DNA of 64,000 nucleotides. It comes from Takakia lepidozioides. Taxonomy: Eukaryota; Plantae; Bryophyta. Below the pieces are notes generated by a model. The model was not told the origin of the DNA. It saw only the letters and a program-made list of their open reading frames with translations, and ran no database searches. The first letter of the stretch is position 1. Each line of letters opens with the position of its first letter. Positions 13,032 through 26,375 of the stretch are shown piece by piece. The stretch is taken from positions 44,330,001 through 44,394,000 of the forward strand of contig CM060731.1 of the NCBI GenBank assembly GCA_030704615.1, read 5' to 3'. A program made the position numbers and the translations under genes.

Positions 13032-15796
13032 TTAGGTCAAGTACAACTTAAGACGATCGCCGTTAATGCGGGTCAGCAATGGGTCGCCAGTTATGGTAGC
13101 CAATTGTATAGAGCCATTTGGAAAAGCTTCTACCACCCGATAGGGCCCGAGCCACCTCATCTTCAATTTACCAGGAAATTTTTGAAAACGGCTATCATAA
13201 AGGAGAACCAAATCTTGAGCTTTAAATATCTTGGGCTTAAGGCGGCTATCATAATAATCCTTCCACCGCAGTTGGGTGACTTCAATGTTCTGTAACGCCT
13301 GCCGACGAAGTTCATCCATCTTAACCAATTGCAACAGACGAGCCAATAGGGATGGGACATCACCCAAACGTTCCTCGATAGCTATGCGTAGGGAAGGAAT
13401 TATTGCCTCTTGTCCATAAACCAACTGGAAGGGAGTAAATCCGGTAGTAACTTTAAATGCAGTCCGATAGGCCCATAATGCAGAAAATAATTTAGTATCC
13501 CAATCGCTGCCAGTACCAGAAATTGTCTTTGTTAGGATATCACAAAGTAACCCGTTGGTCTTGCCGTCGTTTCATTTTCATTAATCATGCTGGATATGGT
13601 ATCGGCACCAATGGAGGACCTGTCTGACCATTAGCCCGTGGGTGATAAGGAGCAGTCTTTCGATGTCTAATAACATATTTGGCAGTCATATGCTCAATAA
13701 TAGAATTTAAAAAATGAGTACCACGGTCGCTCACAAGCTCTCGAGGACAACCAAATCGAATAATGATATTCTCATATAGAAACTGCGCCACAACCTTGGC
13801 CGTATCGGTGCGAGAGGCCATAGCTTCAGCCCACTTAGTGACATATTCAGTTGCAACAAGAATATATCGTTTCTGACCATTGCGAGAGGCAGGGGCGATA
13901 GGTCCAACAAATCGATACCCCACTTCTCAAAAGGTGTCTGTGCAAGGATGGGAACCAGGGGCATATAATTCGATCGTGCAAGTCTGCCAATACGTTGGCA
14001 TGCATCACAACGACGCACATAAGCAAAAGCATCTTTAAATAGGGTAGGCCACCAATAACCTGCCAATAATACTTTCCATCCGGTGGCATCCCCTGCAAAA
14101 TGGCCACCACAAGAATCGGCATGGCACCCCTCAAGTATCGTTGGAACCTCAGCTTCCAAGATGCAACGGCGCAATACACCATCATTCCCTAGCTTGTATA
14201 ATGTGTTGCCAATAATCGTATAAGGCGCAGTTTTCTCTACCAGCCGACGCTTCTGCTTCTCAGTATAACCCTCTGGAAATTGTTGTAACAATAAGTAATT
14301 AAAGATGAGAGCATACTCTCCTGTCATCACATCAACCACAAAAAGGGCAGCATCTGGGAGAGAATCATCTATCGGCTCCTCGCCGACTTCCTTCGATAGA
14401 TGACTTAAATGATCAGCATTGGCATGCTTGCGTCTAGGGCGAACCACAATTTTAAAAGTAAATTCTTGCAATAAAATACCGCCGGGCCACTCTGCCACTC
14501 TGCTGAGGTTTATTAATGAGATATTTTAGTGCATCATGATCAACATGAAAAACAAATGGATAACCCAATAAATAATGGCGATACTTCTAAACTGAATAAA
14601 TCATGCCCAAACCTTCTCGTTCAGTGGTAGTATAATTTTTCTCCACCGCAGTCAATCGACGACTCGCAAAATATATCGGATGATCAAACGACTTTTCATC
14701 CTTCTGGCTCAAAACGCTACCAATAGCATAGTTTGAAGCATCCACATAGACTTGAAACTCCTTAGTCCAATCAGGGGAAATCAAGATAGGCGCCTTTATC
14801 AATCGTCATTTTAATTCTTGAAAAGAATGCTGACACTCCCTTGTCCACTGTTGCTCGGCATCGTGTTTCAATAATTGTGTTAATGGTAGGGCAATCTCAG
14901 CATATCGACGGATAAAAACGGCGATAGTACCCTACATGGCCCAGAAAGGCGCGCACCTATGTTACCGTTGTGGGGGTAGGTAATTGGACAATAATCTCAA
15001 TTTTAGTGGGATCGGTCGATATCCCTCGAAGTGATACAATATGGCCTAAAATCTTCCCCTTGGTAACCATAAATTGACATTTTCCGGCATTCAGAGAGAT
15101 TCCATACTCTTTACATTTTAGAAAGCACAGCTCCAACATCTCAGCATGTGTTGCTTTGCTGCTATAGACACAAAAATCGTCCAAGAAAATCTCCATAAAT
15201 AGGCGCAAGTAATCCTGAAAAGCGGCAGTCATTACTCGTTGAAATGTAGTAGGAGCATTGCAAAGTCCGAAGGGCATGACTTTATAGGCATAAGTGATCC
15301 AATTGGTGGTAAAAGTAGTCTTAGGCCGATCCTCTTCTGTGATCGTGATCTGATTATAACCAGAAAAACCATCGAGGAAAGAATAACACTCATGGCCCGC
15401 TACTGCATCAAGAATAGTATCAGTGAAGGGTAATGGAAAATAATCCTTTTGAGTCACAGCATTAAGTTTCCGGAAATCTTGACATATTTGTACTTTGCCC
15501 GATTGCTTCTTGGGTACGACCACTATAGGTGATACCCAATCGCTATAAGGTACAAGATAAATGAATCCAGCAGCTAACAATTTGTCCAATTCTTCTTTAA
15601 CCAACAGAGAATATTTAGAATTCAATCGATGTTGGCGTTGCCGTACTGGCATTCCTCCTTCCTCCAATATAATGCGGTGCTGGCATATTTCTGGGGGTAC
15701 ACCCCCAAAGATCAGTATAAGTCCATGCAAAAGCCGTACGATGTTTCTGGAAAAACTCCTTCCACATAGACAATTCATTTGATGGGATTGCCGCAT
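13032..15796 (-). pseudogene. pol: Pol (RT, RNase H, integrase) of the second Gypsy
   Basis: WVSPIVVVPKK, LDGFSGYNQ, FLDDF; VYVDAS..YTTTEREGL; CHADSCGGH..CDACQR; SDRGTHF; YHPRANGQ; C-terminal WLGPYRV. Confidence 0.95.
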
Positions 15797-17443
15797 AAAT
15801 TATAATGTCATTAGGCTCAACAGCTATAGTCAAAGTCAAGGTCTGGTAAGGGTCCTTCTTTATCAATGGAGCACGGTTATCATCAGCCGAATCATACCAC
15901 GCGATATCTTCCGACGTGGTGATCATGCTATCTTGCGATGGGAGGGAGCCCGATCTTCTTATATGGTGCAGCATGAATATGAGTGGGGAGGCTCAAGTCA
16001 ATTCACATGCACATAATGTCCCTATTGTGGAGCCCACTAATTTCTTTCATCCCAAGGAGAATTGAACCTCGATCCACAAGAGCTCGTGCACACTGCTCAT
16101 GTCGGAAGTCTGGAAATTTTTCATTGGTCTGGGACAACCACAGCATGCTGAGCAGCCAGGACTCAATCCACAAGCTTCCATGCACTTAATGTCTTTATTG
16201 TGGAGCCCAGCCATGAAACTAGTGTAACTGACCAAGACCAAGCCTATTTTTTTCTCATTTCTCAAAAATAGCGCGCAGCTACCTATATATTCTACCAAGC
16301 GCCCTAGGTGGCAAAACACACGAGATGGCACCTCTAGAAAGGTCGTTATATGATAGGTGACACGTTTTAACAAGTCCATGATGGCAGTCATACGGATTCA
16401 TTGGAGACAACCTCTCGTTCATCCTCCTAATTTGGTGGAAAACAGAAAAAAATCAAGAAAAAATTAAAAACAAACTTTATCTCCCTCAGAGCCCAGAAAA
16501 AAATTTGCAAGGAAAAAAATCATGGCTGTGGGTCATCTATTAGTGCCAAGAGCTTTGAAACTCAATAATCAGCTGCACGAGAAGCGGGACTCCAAGACCA
16601 AATTGCACAATGGGTAGATTTTGTATTTCGCAGGGTATATATCTATATATACCCTACCTTGAGGGTATGTCTATATCAGAAATAGCAAATAACCCGGACC
16701 CGAAGGGTGTCTTAAACTATATACCTACACAACACTAGTAGCAACCTACTCCTACTTTGTTTGAGAGCGAAAGAGCATCACTTGATTTCTAAAAAGAACA
16801 AAAGATTTAATTTTTCTGTTTAAAATTTAAAGGTTTGTGTTTGAGGTAGTGGGCGTGCAGGTATGTGCGGGGTATATCATATACCCGGATATACCCGCCG
16901 GGTATATTAGGGTATAACATAACCGGACCCGGCAGTTTTACTTACCCACCATTAGAATATAATCGGAGGGTAATTAGTAGATAATTACCCTTACCCTATA
17001 CATAACCGGAGTCTTAGGGTGTGGATATGCCCTGCCCCGGAGGACAGTAAAGGCTAGCTCAAAGGGTATATGCCCGGCGGGTAAATCCTTATCTCACCCT
17101 AACCTTTTCTCCAATTGACTTGAGCCTTTGTTCTAACTTTGCTATAGGTAATCCACTCAACCACCTCACTTCGTAATGGATGCCCCACCGCTCTCCACCC
17201 TCCCTTGCCCAAACCTTATTCAATCTCTTGTGGCACTTACAAACCAACCCCTTTTGTAGCGCTTCCAAAGTAGCTCCCACCCATGTCTTACAAATCTTAG
17301 TTCTAGGATCGCAAAGTTGTTTCCTGTAGGTAGGTTACCACTCGATTATTTTATCCATATTGCAAGCATTACCTCTTGGATGTGTATTTTTTTCAAATTA
17401 GGCAACTAAAAATAATGATCACAAAATGAAAACACAATGCAGG

Positions 17444-17560
17444 CGTTGCCATGGATGAAAATTGAAAACTGAGTCCATGGATGACGTTTTAAATGAAAAC
17501 TCAGCCGTTGCTATGGATGAATTTTGAAAACTGAGTCCATGGATGACGTTTTAAATGAAT
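17444..17560. repeat. Two-copy 62-bp tandem repeat
   Basis: cgttgcyatggatgaawwttgaaaactgagtccatggatgacgttttaaatgaa at 17444 and 17506. Confidence 0.85.
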
Positions 17561-18244
17561 ATCATTAAAAATGGATGTCATTTTTAGATTTTTCCTATGT
17601 TAGATTTGTTTTTCTAATTTAAATTCAAGTTTTTATACCATAGGCACTTTTGGAGAAATTTTTGAAAACTAGGCACTCCTGTCAAAAATCATTTATTTTG
17701 ATTAGGCACCTTTTTTTCGAATTAATTTCTGCCTAACCGGCTATTCCACTACGGTACTGAATATATCACTCATATAGTTGCCCGAAGCAAGCGTAACTTA
17801 TGGTGTCACTTGACCCAGAAGGGCTACTGCCTTCCCGTAGGAAGAAACAGAAGTCAAAGAGCGCATACGTTGCCATATCATGTCCACCTTGGCTCACATA
17901 ATGAACCCAAGTTAAAGAGGAGATGTGTTGCCATATCACGCCCACCCTAGCTCCCATTAGAGCACGAACCCAAGTCAAAGAGGGGATGTGTTGCCATGTC
18001 GTGCCCACCCATAGCTCCGTAAGAGCATCTCCACGGTGTCACGGTGCCCAAAAACTAAAGCTCCAAGTGTAGAGTAAAAGCTCAGATTTGAATTTTCTGG
18101 TGTGAAATCCAAGCACCATGTGTTTGGAATGTTGCAATAATGTGTGGCATCAAATGTGTGCAAAACATGTCCAATCATGCACAAGCTACTAAGATTGTGA
18201 TAAACAGTCCACTCATCTGTGCAGCTTTAAAAGACAAGCCAATA

Positions 18245-18376
18245 TGAGCACTCCTACCCATTGGATCATAGTGTGGCCCGTATCCTTAAAGAAATCATCT
18301 GAGGCCCGCTGTGAGAATCTCTAGGAGCACCACACCAAAGCTGTACACATCTCCCTTCTCAGTTGCTTGCCCATGC
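18245..18376 (-). pseudogene. Fragment of a receptor-like Ser/Thr kinase (subdomains IX-X)
   Basis: Minus-strand translation HGQATEKGDVYSFGVVLLEILT then, after a frameshift, DDFFKDTGHTMIQWV. Rest of the kinase is absent. Confidence 0.75.
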
Positions 18377-18966
18377 CAAAGAAAGCCACCCCAAAATCAC
18401 CAGCAGCAAAGGACAAACCTGTGGTTCGTGTTGTCAATGCCATATTTCGTGTGGCCATGCTCATCACCCATATTGAGCACATGGACTCCTTGTGACAGAA
18501 ACAGTGTCACTGAACACCATTGCAGTTCATGTCCATATCCCAAAAACATATTGACCATCAAAAGCCATAATGTACCTGTTTAACCCGAATCTCCAACACG
18601 GATGGATCATCAATTGGCCCTTCAAGTCCACAGTTCCAACTGTACAAACAGAGATTACCGTGACATAATTCCCAATTTCTGTGTTACCTGTTTAGATAAC
18701 AAACAAGAACACCTCATGAAATCCTAAAGACGATTCACAAGCTCATCAAGGAGAACTAGCACTTGACACACCTAACTTTTGGCCCATTGGCCCTTGGGGC
18801 CCTCCTCTTCTTTCTCTATTTAGGAAACACCTCTATGTAGTGTGCTTTGTCATTGGCCAGGCAACTCTTCTCTTTGGTACTTAGCAGAGGACTGATCATT
18901 ATTGCAAGGGATCCCATTCTCTTTTGAATGCCAGCTACCAAGTGTCGAGTTGAACTGTTCCTCATA

Positions 18967-20611
18967 CTAAATGTCACCCCCTGTACTCTCATTGTATGGA
19001 GCACGAAGGATAGCCTGCACAGCCCTAGCCTTCAGTTCTTTGGTTCTGTCATATCGCTCAAGAGTCTTCGTATTGCGATGGCCAGTAAGCAATGACATGA
19101 TTGCTGGAGGCACATTGGCGGCTGCCATACGAGTAATACCGGTAACCCTCCCCGAGCGATTTGTGATGTCGCCTTTGATTCCACAGTTCTTTGCCATATT
19201 TCGCATCCAGTTACGCATAAATCCTTCTCCGCAGTTAACCTTCTTGTACCAGACAGCATCACATATATTGTGCTTAATTGATAGGAAAAGATGGCCGTCT
19301 TTATCCAGTTGAGTATTTTGCGCATACCCCATGGCACAATGTATAGCTTCAGTCCCTCTGGAAGTTGCCCTACAAGACGATAGGCGCATAAAGTACTTTC
19401 ATGACTACGTTTCGAATAAGGCATATGAGACGTCATACTATGCCAAGTATGTAGAAGATCTGCATCATGAGAGATAACAGCAGGGCGAAAATGCTCGTCT
19501 TGAAATCTTTTCAGTGACACGACATACCTCCGACGCTTAGAACCCACCACTATGTCATTGCTACTTGTCCAACACATCCATCCCACCTCCATGCCCATGG
19601 ACAGTCGCTCATCATACCTGCCAAAAAGACGAAGTAATTAGATACCACTATGAAAAACAACAATAGCATTGACAAAAAAACCAACAAATAAAATACATCT
19701 TACTTCAGATAAGCTCGGCCTTCCTCATCAGTTCCAACTGTGAAGTCACTGACAAACAACTTGTAAAGCTCCATATTGCCCCGAATCATAAAGACGACAA
19801 AACAATAGTAAGCAAATCGCATCTGGCATCCTAAAGCAGTGGTAACTTGGTGCAGCTCATGCGACAAAATCATTTGCTCTTCATCCCAAGATATCCCATC
19901 TACTTTTCGCCTTCCTTTGTTAGCACCAGCATTGCGGGACAACTTCATAGCCTCCATCAGTGCCTCGTTTGTTGCCACAAAATAAGGATGTTTTCTCATA
20001 CAAAACTCTGGCTCAACAACACATGTTCAAATTATCCGCTGTTCACGAGCAGACTTGAGAAGACGGTTAAAAGAATGGTACATATTCATTATACTCGCAG
20101 TTGGATAGCGAACAAAACTGCCCTTACACAACATCAGGAAAAATCGAGAAAGAAGTTGTCCAGCAGAACAATCTAGTTTCATGAAAGCTCTCCACACATT
20201 GAACTTATTCACGGCCCATGACTCATTCTTAGCGCTAGGACGCTTAAGATCGTTGACAATCCTGTTGTAATCTTCTTCAGTAATATGAAGAAAATTTACA
20301 CTAGGGATAGGCTCACGTGGCTCTGCATTGACATCTTGCTCAGTGTCATCGTCATCGATCTGAGGAGGATTATCGGTGAAGAGATCTCCAACTCCAGCCA
20401 CTTCAGGCATTTCAAAATACTCGGGAATAATACTTGGATCAATTAGAATGAACTCTTCGACTTTAGGATCCTCATCCTCAGAACTTGAAGAATCCGCGAG
20501 ACCAACAAAACTAGGAACATCACTCCTAGGTAGAGGTAGAGGTGGTAGAGGTAGAGGTATGTTGCCATCTGCATTGATAACGTCTACTGGATCTGCCAAT
20601 TTTCCAGCCAC
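18967..20611 (-). pseudogene. Crypton/DUF3504-type tyrosine recombinase with a spliceosomal intron (19618-19703)
   Basis: WAVNKFNVW..LSRFF..YP..; MIRGNMEL (catalytic R); WY..; ITNRSGRVTGITRM..VP..IM..TGHRNTKTLERY (HxxR-like, H and Y nucleophile). The GT..AG intron joins AYLK to YDER. Confidence 0.8.
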
Positions 20612-22490
20612 AACAAATCAATCAGGCACTAGAACAACCTCCGGATCATGTGCAATCCAGGATGAATCGATCAAAACATAATCTGGTTCAAGCGCAACAG
20701 AATCTGGTTTTGGTACACAAATTGCATCCGCATCGACATTTGATGATTGCACAGGTCGTGATGGTTCACCGACGCATAACATACGACTCTTACTCCGCTT
20801 CTTCTTGAAAAACGATTGTCTGTTCTTCTGATGGTAGAGTCGGCTCAACGATGAGATCAAACGTAGGCGCTTCAAAACCAGCTTGACGCTTAGCGTGTCG
20901 CTGCACCATAATTATGACCTCAATCGCACAACAAAGAGTGCGAAGAACAATCTCTGCAAATGACAGTAAAGTAATAACGTCGTAACTCGTGCTGGTAGCA
21001 AGTATTAAGGTACCACAAAATGATTGGAAGGTCGTTCCAATGACTGGATATGGCCAGTCATCTTGATCCTTAAAAGAGCCTGTTATGTCCGGTAACCGGT
21101 GGCCTCTCGCCGATTACCAAGTCCATTACATGTACTCGCTTATATCTTCCTTGACCTCACTATCAAAAGAACAGATCACTTATCTCATTCCTTGATAGGA
21201 AACTAGATTTTTTTTTTGTTATTTAATTGAAACAAAATTGAAAACATGTCCCATGTTCAATATAAAAATCAGTATTTACAGGTTTCTCGTGGTACATTAT
21301 GGTTCTATTTCATTATCGATTTCACATCATCGATGGATAAATTGAATGATAATAGGCTAGCCTGTGAGTCGAAATGATGCTTGAATTTTTTCAGTTACAA
21401 AATTTTATTTATAATTATAATTATTCAATAATTCTGATTTAACTGCATGTAAAATATTAATCCAAATTTGAATCTAATTCTTTCGTATCTTAGTTGTGGT
21501 AACTTCCCGTAACATAAAACCGAAGCTTTAGGTTTAGCATATGGAAAAATCCACTAGGATAGCAAGAATAAGAAGAAGTAGGATTTAGAAAAAGAAAATA
21601 AAAATTCAGATGGATTTTTTGCTTCTCACGATGATCATCATGAAATAAAATTATTGCATCACTATTACAAGATTTCATAAATGACATATATGAATATATT
21701 TTTTATTGCCTCTCAGATGACTCGGCATGTGTGAATGATTGAACAAAGATAACGATCTTAGGAGAACACGAGCGGGAGCGATGGCGGAGCTGCGAGACGA
21801 CCCCCAACGGTCGTCTCAACATACAAATCCTTCGCTTCATTCTCCTCAGGATTTCTCATCATCTTTACCCCCCCAAGTATACAACTCTAACCAACCCCAT
21901 CTATTCAATGATATGCTATTTTTACCATTTCTTGATAACTCATTCAAAGACAGCTTTATTGGGTATTCATCCCAGAGCCTGTTTCTTTTCATCTCCTTAG
22001 ATTCACCTTTGTAGCATCCCTAATCTGCCTATCACAACCGTCTTTAGTTATTAAGGTGGTCGCTTTCAACAACGACGTTTCCCGCTTCAACCCATTCTAG
22101 ATTTTTCGCTCTCTCTTCTCTTTATCGATTCTCTGCTCTAAAACAGTTAGATGGTGGCTCCTCCTCTCTCCAAGTAGCGCTTTCTCTCTCTCTATTACCA
22201 ATGGCCCCGGTAACCACCAGCTCAATCGCAAAGATTCAATGGAGAACCGTGGTCCCAATCGGGGATTTCAGCACAGTCAGAGACTTTCAAACCCTTCTTC
22301 AAGGACAGACTATTTTCTCGCACATCAGGCGCGCTCCCGAATGGCTCCTGCAACTAGTCCAGTAAGATCCCCATCCCCCACATTCACCTTCAGCCCTCTC
22401 TCTCCCCCTCTACCTCTTCTCAAGATACCCAGGTCGAACTCTACCTTTCATGACAGACCAACCTCCCCAGTTCTGGGAACTCCCTCTATG

Positions 22491-23432
22491 TGTCAAGCGG
22501 CTTTTACTCACCCATCCCTTCGCTATCCGAGGTGGAAACTCCAAGATAGAAGAGTTGGATATCTCTAAGCATTCAGCCCGCTCAGAACAATCAGTCATGA
22601 CGTGCAGCTAGTGAATCATGGTTGTGCTTCCTATTTGTATTCCTTCCTGCCTTCATGTTATCAATTTACCTTACCGTGTATACTGAAGCATCAGATTGCT
22701 TCAGTATCTACTAAGTTCCAGTTAATCATGCATTCATTCCACAGCTTCTCTCGTGTCTCTCTACACAATATGTTTGTATCGATTCAGTATTGGATTAAGA
22801 TTTATCATGTATCATGCCTATGCCATGGTGTCTCTATTTTATCCTACTGTATAATTCTACAGCTTGCATGAACTAAGCCTCATTCAAGTCATCATCTCCT
22901 CTTCACTGTTTTCCGGTCTCTTCCACAAGTCGCCCTCCTCCAGAAGTGATCCCCTTCCCGTTGCCGCTCTCCTAATCTACCCGCAAGCTGTTCTAACCAC
23001 CTAACTAACTAACCGTCACCCCTGAAGTAACACGTTCCTTCTGCAGATGTCGTTCCCTCACAGTCGTTCCCTGTCAATGATAACTGTTCCCCATGTACTG
23101 TGACAGGCTGTGTCAAGTTGTGCCGAGCTGTGACTGGCTGTGTAAAGCTGTGTCGGGCTGTGACTGGCTGTGCGAAGCTGTGGCGGGTTGTGTAAAGCTG
23201 TGTCAGGCTGTGACTGGCTGTGCGAAGTTGTGGCGAGCTGTGACTGCTGTGCGAAGCTGTGTCGGGCTGTGTGGAGCTGTGTCAGGCTGTGTGAAGCTGT
23301 GTCGGGTTGTATAACCCCCCTAAAGCCTGCTATTGCCACCCCTAAGACTCATGTTGGTCTCAGTCTGCGCAAAAATTAAGGGTACCCCATAGAACCCGTA
23401 AAAGCGTCTAAGTCCCAAGCAGCCCTCTAACA
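22491..23432 (-). mobile_element. Solo LTR of the copy 1 Gypsy family with 5-bp TSD CTATG
   Basis: TG..CA ends; CTATG at 22486-22490 and 23433-23437; no PBS or internal region. Confidence 0.96.
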
Positions 23433-24926
23433 CTATGGAATGGGAAGAGGAGTATATCTTAGACCAGGAAGAGCTGAACAAGGATTACACCATGATCGAC
23501 ATGAATATACCGGATTTACACAAGAGGGTGGCAACCATGGAGAATCATGTATCCTCATCCATTTTCCTGGCAAAAAAGTTGATAGGGCGACGATGAGAGA
23601 TTGGGCTATCAGACACCTCGGTGGCCCTGGAGAATTGAGACATCAATTTTGTCATGCCAAAGGGAGGGGGTTTTTCTCCATTGTGTTTGAAACCCAAGAG
23701 GCGGCTACTCAGGCTCTGATGTTTAACCCACACACGAAAGGTTTCAACGTCAATATCTTCCCAGGGTCCCCTAAGATGGAGGAACGGGAATGGCAAACTA
23801 TGGGGGCCTCATATTGTCTCAGTTCCCTTCATCCCAGACCAGTATTTGGTTAACCTGCCAGACATTGCTAATCATTTCGGGTATTACATTGGTTGCCTAG
23901 CAGTGTTTGATGTGTACACAAAACCTCAGGCAGGATCCAGCATGGAGGGCAGTCACCATCACATCACGCCTTTATGAAACAGGATGTGCCAAATTCATCC
24001 TAATCATGCCGGAAGAAGACACCCTTCCTCAATTTGTTAAGTTGCCTATAGATGAGGAGGGTAACTACTTTACAATTCAGCTCATTGAGGACACTTCCTA
24101 TTCTGCATGCTCCAACTGTGGCATGAATGGCCACATGAAGTCCAACTGCCCGGCTGCCAACAAGAAACGATCACAATCCAATATTCTTTTCAGATCTCGG
24201 CCAAAGGATCATTCATCATTCCCACAAACTGGATCCAATATCCCTCAGGGCAGGGCTAACCAAATTCTAGTTTCAACATCTTCACCCAAAACAGGCGCAT
24301 CCAACAGCAGTCTCTTCGACTTTTGACTCAAGCCCTGTAGCTGTCAATGACACCCTACAGGTCAGGCCATGGCATAATTTCAAAGACAAACCCAACCATA
24401 TTGCAGATCCAATGCAAGAGGAAGTGATAGGTAATCGCAAACATGATGTGATTACCTCAAAAGGGAAAGCCAATGTGGGGGATCAACAACAACAAACAAC
24501 TACCACTTCCAAAGGGAAATAAAAAATAAATAAAAAAATCACCTCAACGTTCAATTCGCTTGACTCTCCCATCCAGCAATTCCACTCCCAAAATTACGAT
24601 AGGCATAGACTGCAACACCAAATTTGCCAACATCTGTTTGCAGACATGCTTGTACCCCCAGCTGGACCTTAATCGATGCTCAGCTTTACAGATTATAGAA
24701 GGCCCAAAAGCCTCATGTGTCACGCCACTCATCTTCCGCAATTGCAAGCCTCCGGCCATATTCATTACAGCTGATGTCTTTGAATGTGTGGAGTCCCTAT
24801 GGATCACATCTGCTGACATCAAGATTTTCTTTGAAAGGAACCCCCCAAACAGCAGCCCAGAGATCTTTTTCAAATACAAGATCCAGGAGTATTTCCAGTT
24901 ATAGCAGCCCCACTACTCTTTGTCAC

Positions 24927-25370
24927 GGGGGCGGATAAGTCATGAGCGTGAGCGGGCAGGCTCGGGAACATTCTGGGGATATTCCAAGAATATTTGATGG
25001 AGTATCCCAATAATACCACCAATGAATATTTGTTAGAATATTTGAATATGCCATGAATATACGAGTATATCAGGAATATACTAAGAATAGTCGATATGCT
25101 AAGAATACCTTTTTTGGCATTGAGTGTTTGGGCTGTATGTTGAATTTTCTATGGCAAATCGACAGTTCCTCCGATGTTTCATTTCCGCGGATTCAGCATT
25201 TTCTGTATCAATTCGTAGTTCCGTGCGGAACTACGAGCTTCGGGTTTTACTCACAAGTTACATTCGGGTTAGGTTCGGGGGCAGAATTAGGTGAAATATT
25301 CTCAAAATTGAGTATTATTCCTCTTCTGCTCACAACATTTTTTGCTCACGCTCACAAGAATCACTGCCTC
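24927..25370. mobile_element. 444-bp non-autonomous DNA transposon (MITE) with TGAGC-type ends and 8-bp TSD
   Basis: Left end GGGGGCGGATAAGTCA-TGAGCGTGAGC; right end (reverse complement) GAGGCAGTGATTCTTG-TGAGCGTGAGC. Flanks tttgtcac (24919-24926) and tctgtcac (25371-25378). Confidence 0.8.
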
Positions 25371-26375
25371 TCTGTCACCATTCACCAAAATCTCATGAGG
25401 GGCTTACTTGGAAGACCACCCGGGCCTGAGTGTTACACCCTCAGCTCATATCTTGGCATTGATGGAGGATGCGGAAATTTACTCTGCACTCCCACCTATC
25501 AACGCTATTTGGACATATGAGGAATGGCTGTCAACCCCAAGGGGTAGCCACAGTCTGCAGATTCGCAATCAGGATACACTCGTCAGTGCATTTCAGTTGC
25601 TAAGGGCTCAGTTGATGAAGACAACTACAGAATGGAGATTAAACGCACCCGAGACTACATAAATGGTTCCAAGGTGGCAGACACCTCCTCTACATCTACG
25701 GACCCCCGTAAAGACTCATCATACGACACAGCTCAAAAAGCCAAGAGAGCAAGCATCAACCAAGCGGCATGGAAGCTTTGCAAATCTCCCCTCCATCATT
25801 CATGGAAATGCCCAACCAAGACCTGCAGACAGGCAGTCATCCCTTTTCTCCACCTAGAGTCACAACACCTTCTTCACCTCTCTCTTCTGCCCAGGTGCCT
25901 TCTTCACCCACCCCCTGCTTCATTTACCAAATTTTATCAAAAAGTACTAACAGATTCTGGATGTTGGGTGGCAAAGACAATCCAATAGGAGGGAAACAGA
26001 AAAGACACCTGCTCCCAGCCATAAACTTACCAGGGAATGTACCCTCTGGAACCCTCCCATCGGATGGATCTCTGCAAGTCAGATACCCACACTTCAAAAT
26101 ACTCTTTGAAGCAGATTTCTTTCCTAGGGATGTATCAATCCTATCAGTAACCATCTCGGCAATCTCGTCAGACCAGTTCCAACCTTTCCTGATAGGTCCC
26201 ACCTTAAACAAACTCATGGGCATTTTCATTCTTATCAAAAATAAAACCAAAGTACCCCCACCAGGCTTTGTCTGGGTTAACTCTCTTCGCCCAAGGGATC
26301 GCAGAGTAAAATTCATTTTCCTGCACAATAGGCCATCAAATGGGACTTCAAGTCCAAGCCTACCCCTTCTTCCCA

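Larger units (their letters stand above)
11684..15800 (-). mobile_element. Second, distinct Ty3/Gypsy element (5'-truncated), interrupted by copy 1
   Basis: RT-RH-IN followed by an extra ORF that is cut exactly at the copy 1 LTR boundary (11683/11684). Confidence 0.88.

Noticed and set aside
16003-16391. Possible PPR-like gene fragment (repeated GLHNxDI)
   Set aside because: Too short and degenerate to assign.
17780-17844. Assignment of the structured repeat to a known ribozyme, U6 or 5S RNA
   Set aside because: Hammerhead, twister, pistol, HDV and hairpin core sequences could not be matched by eye; left unassigned.
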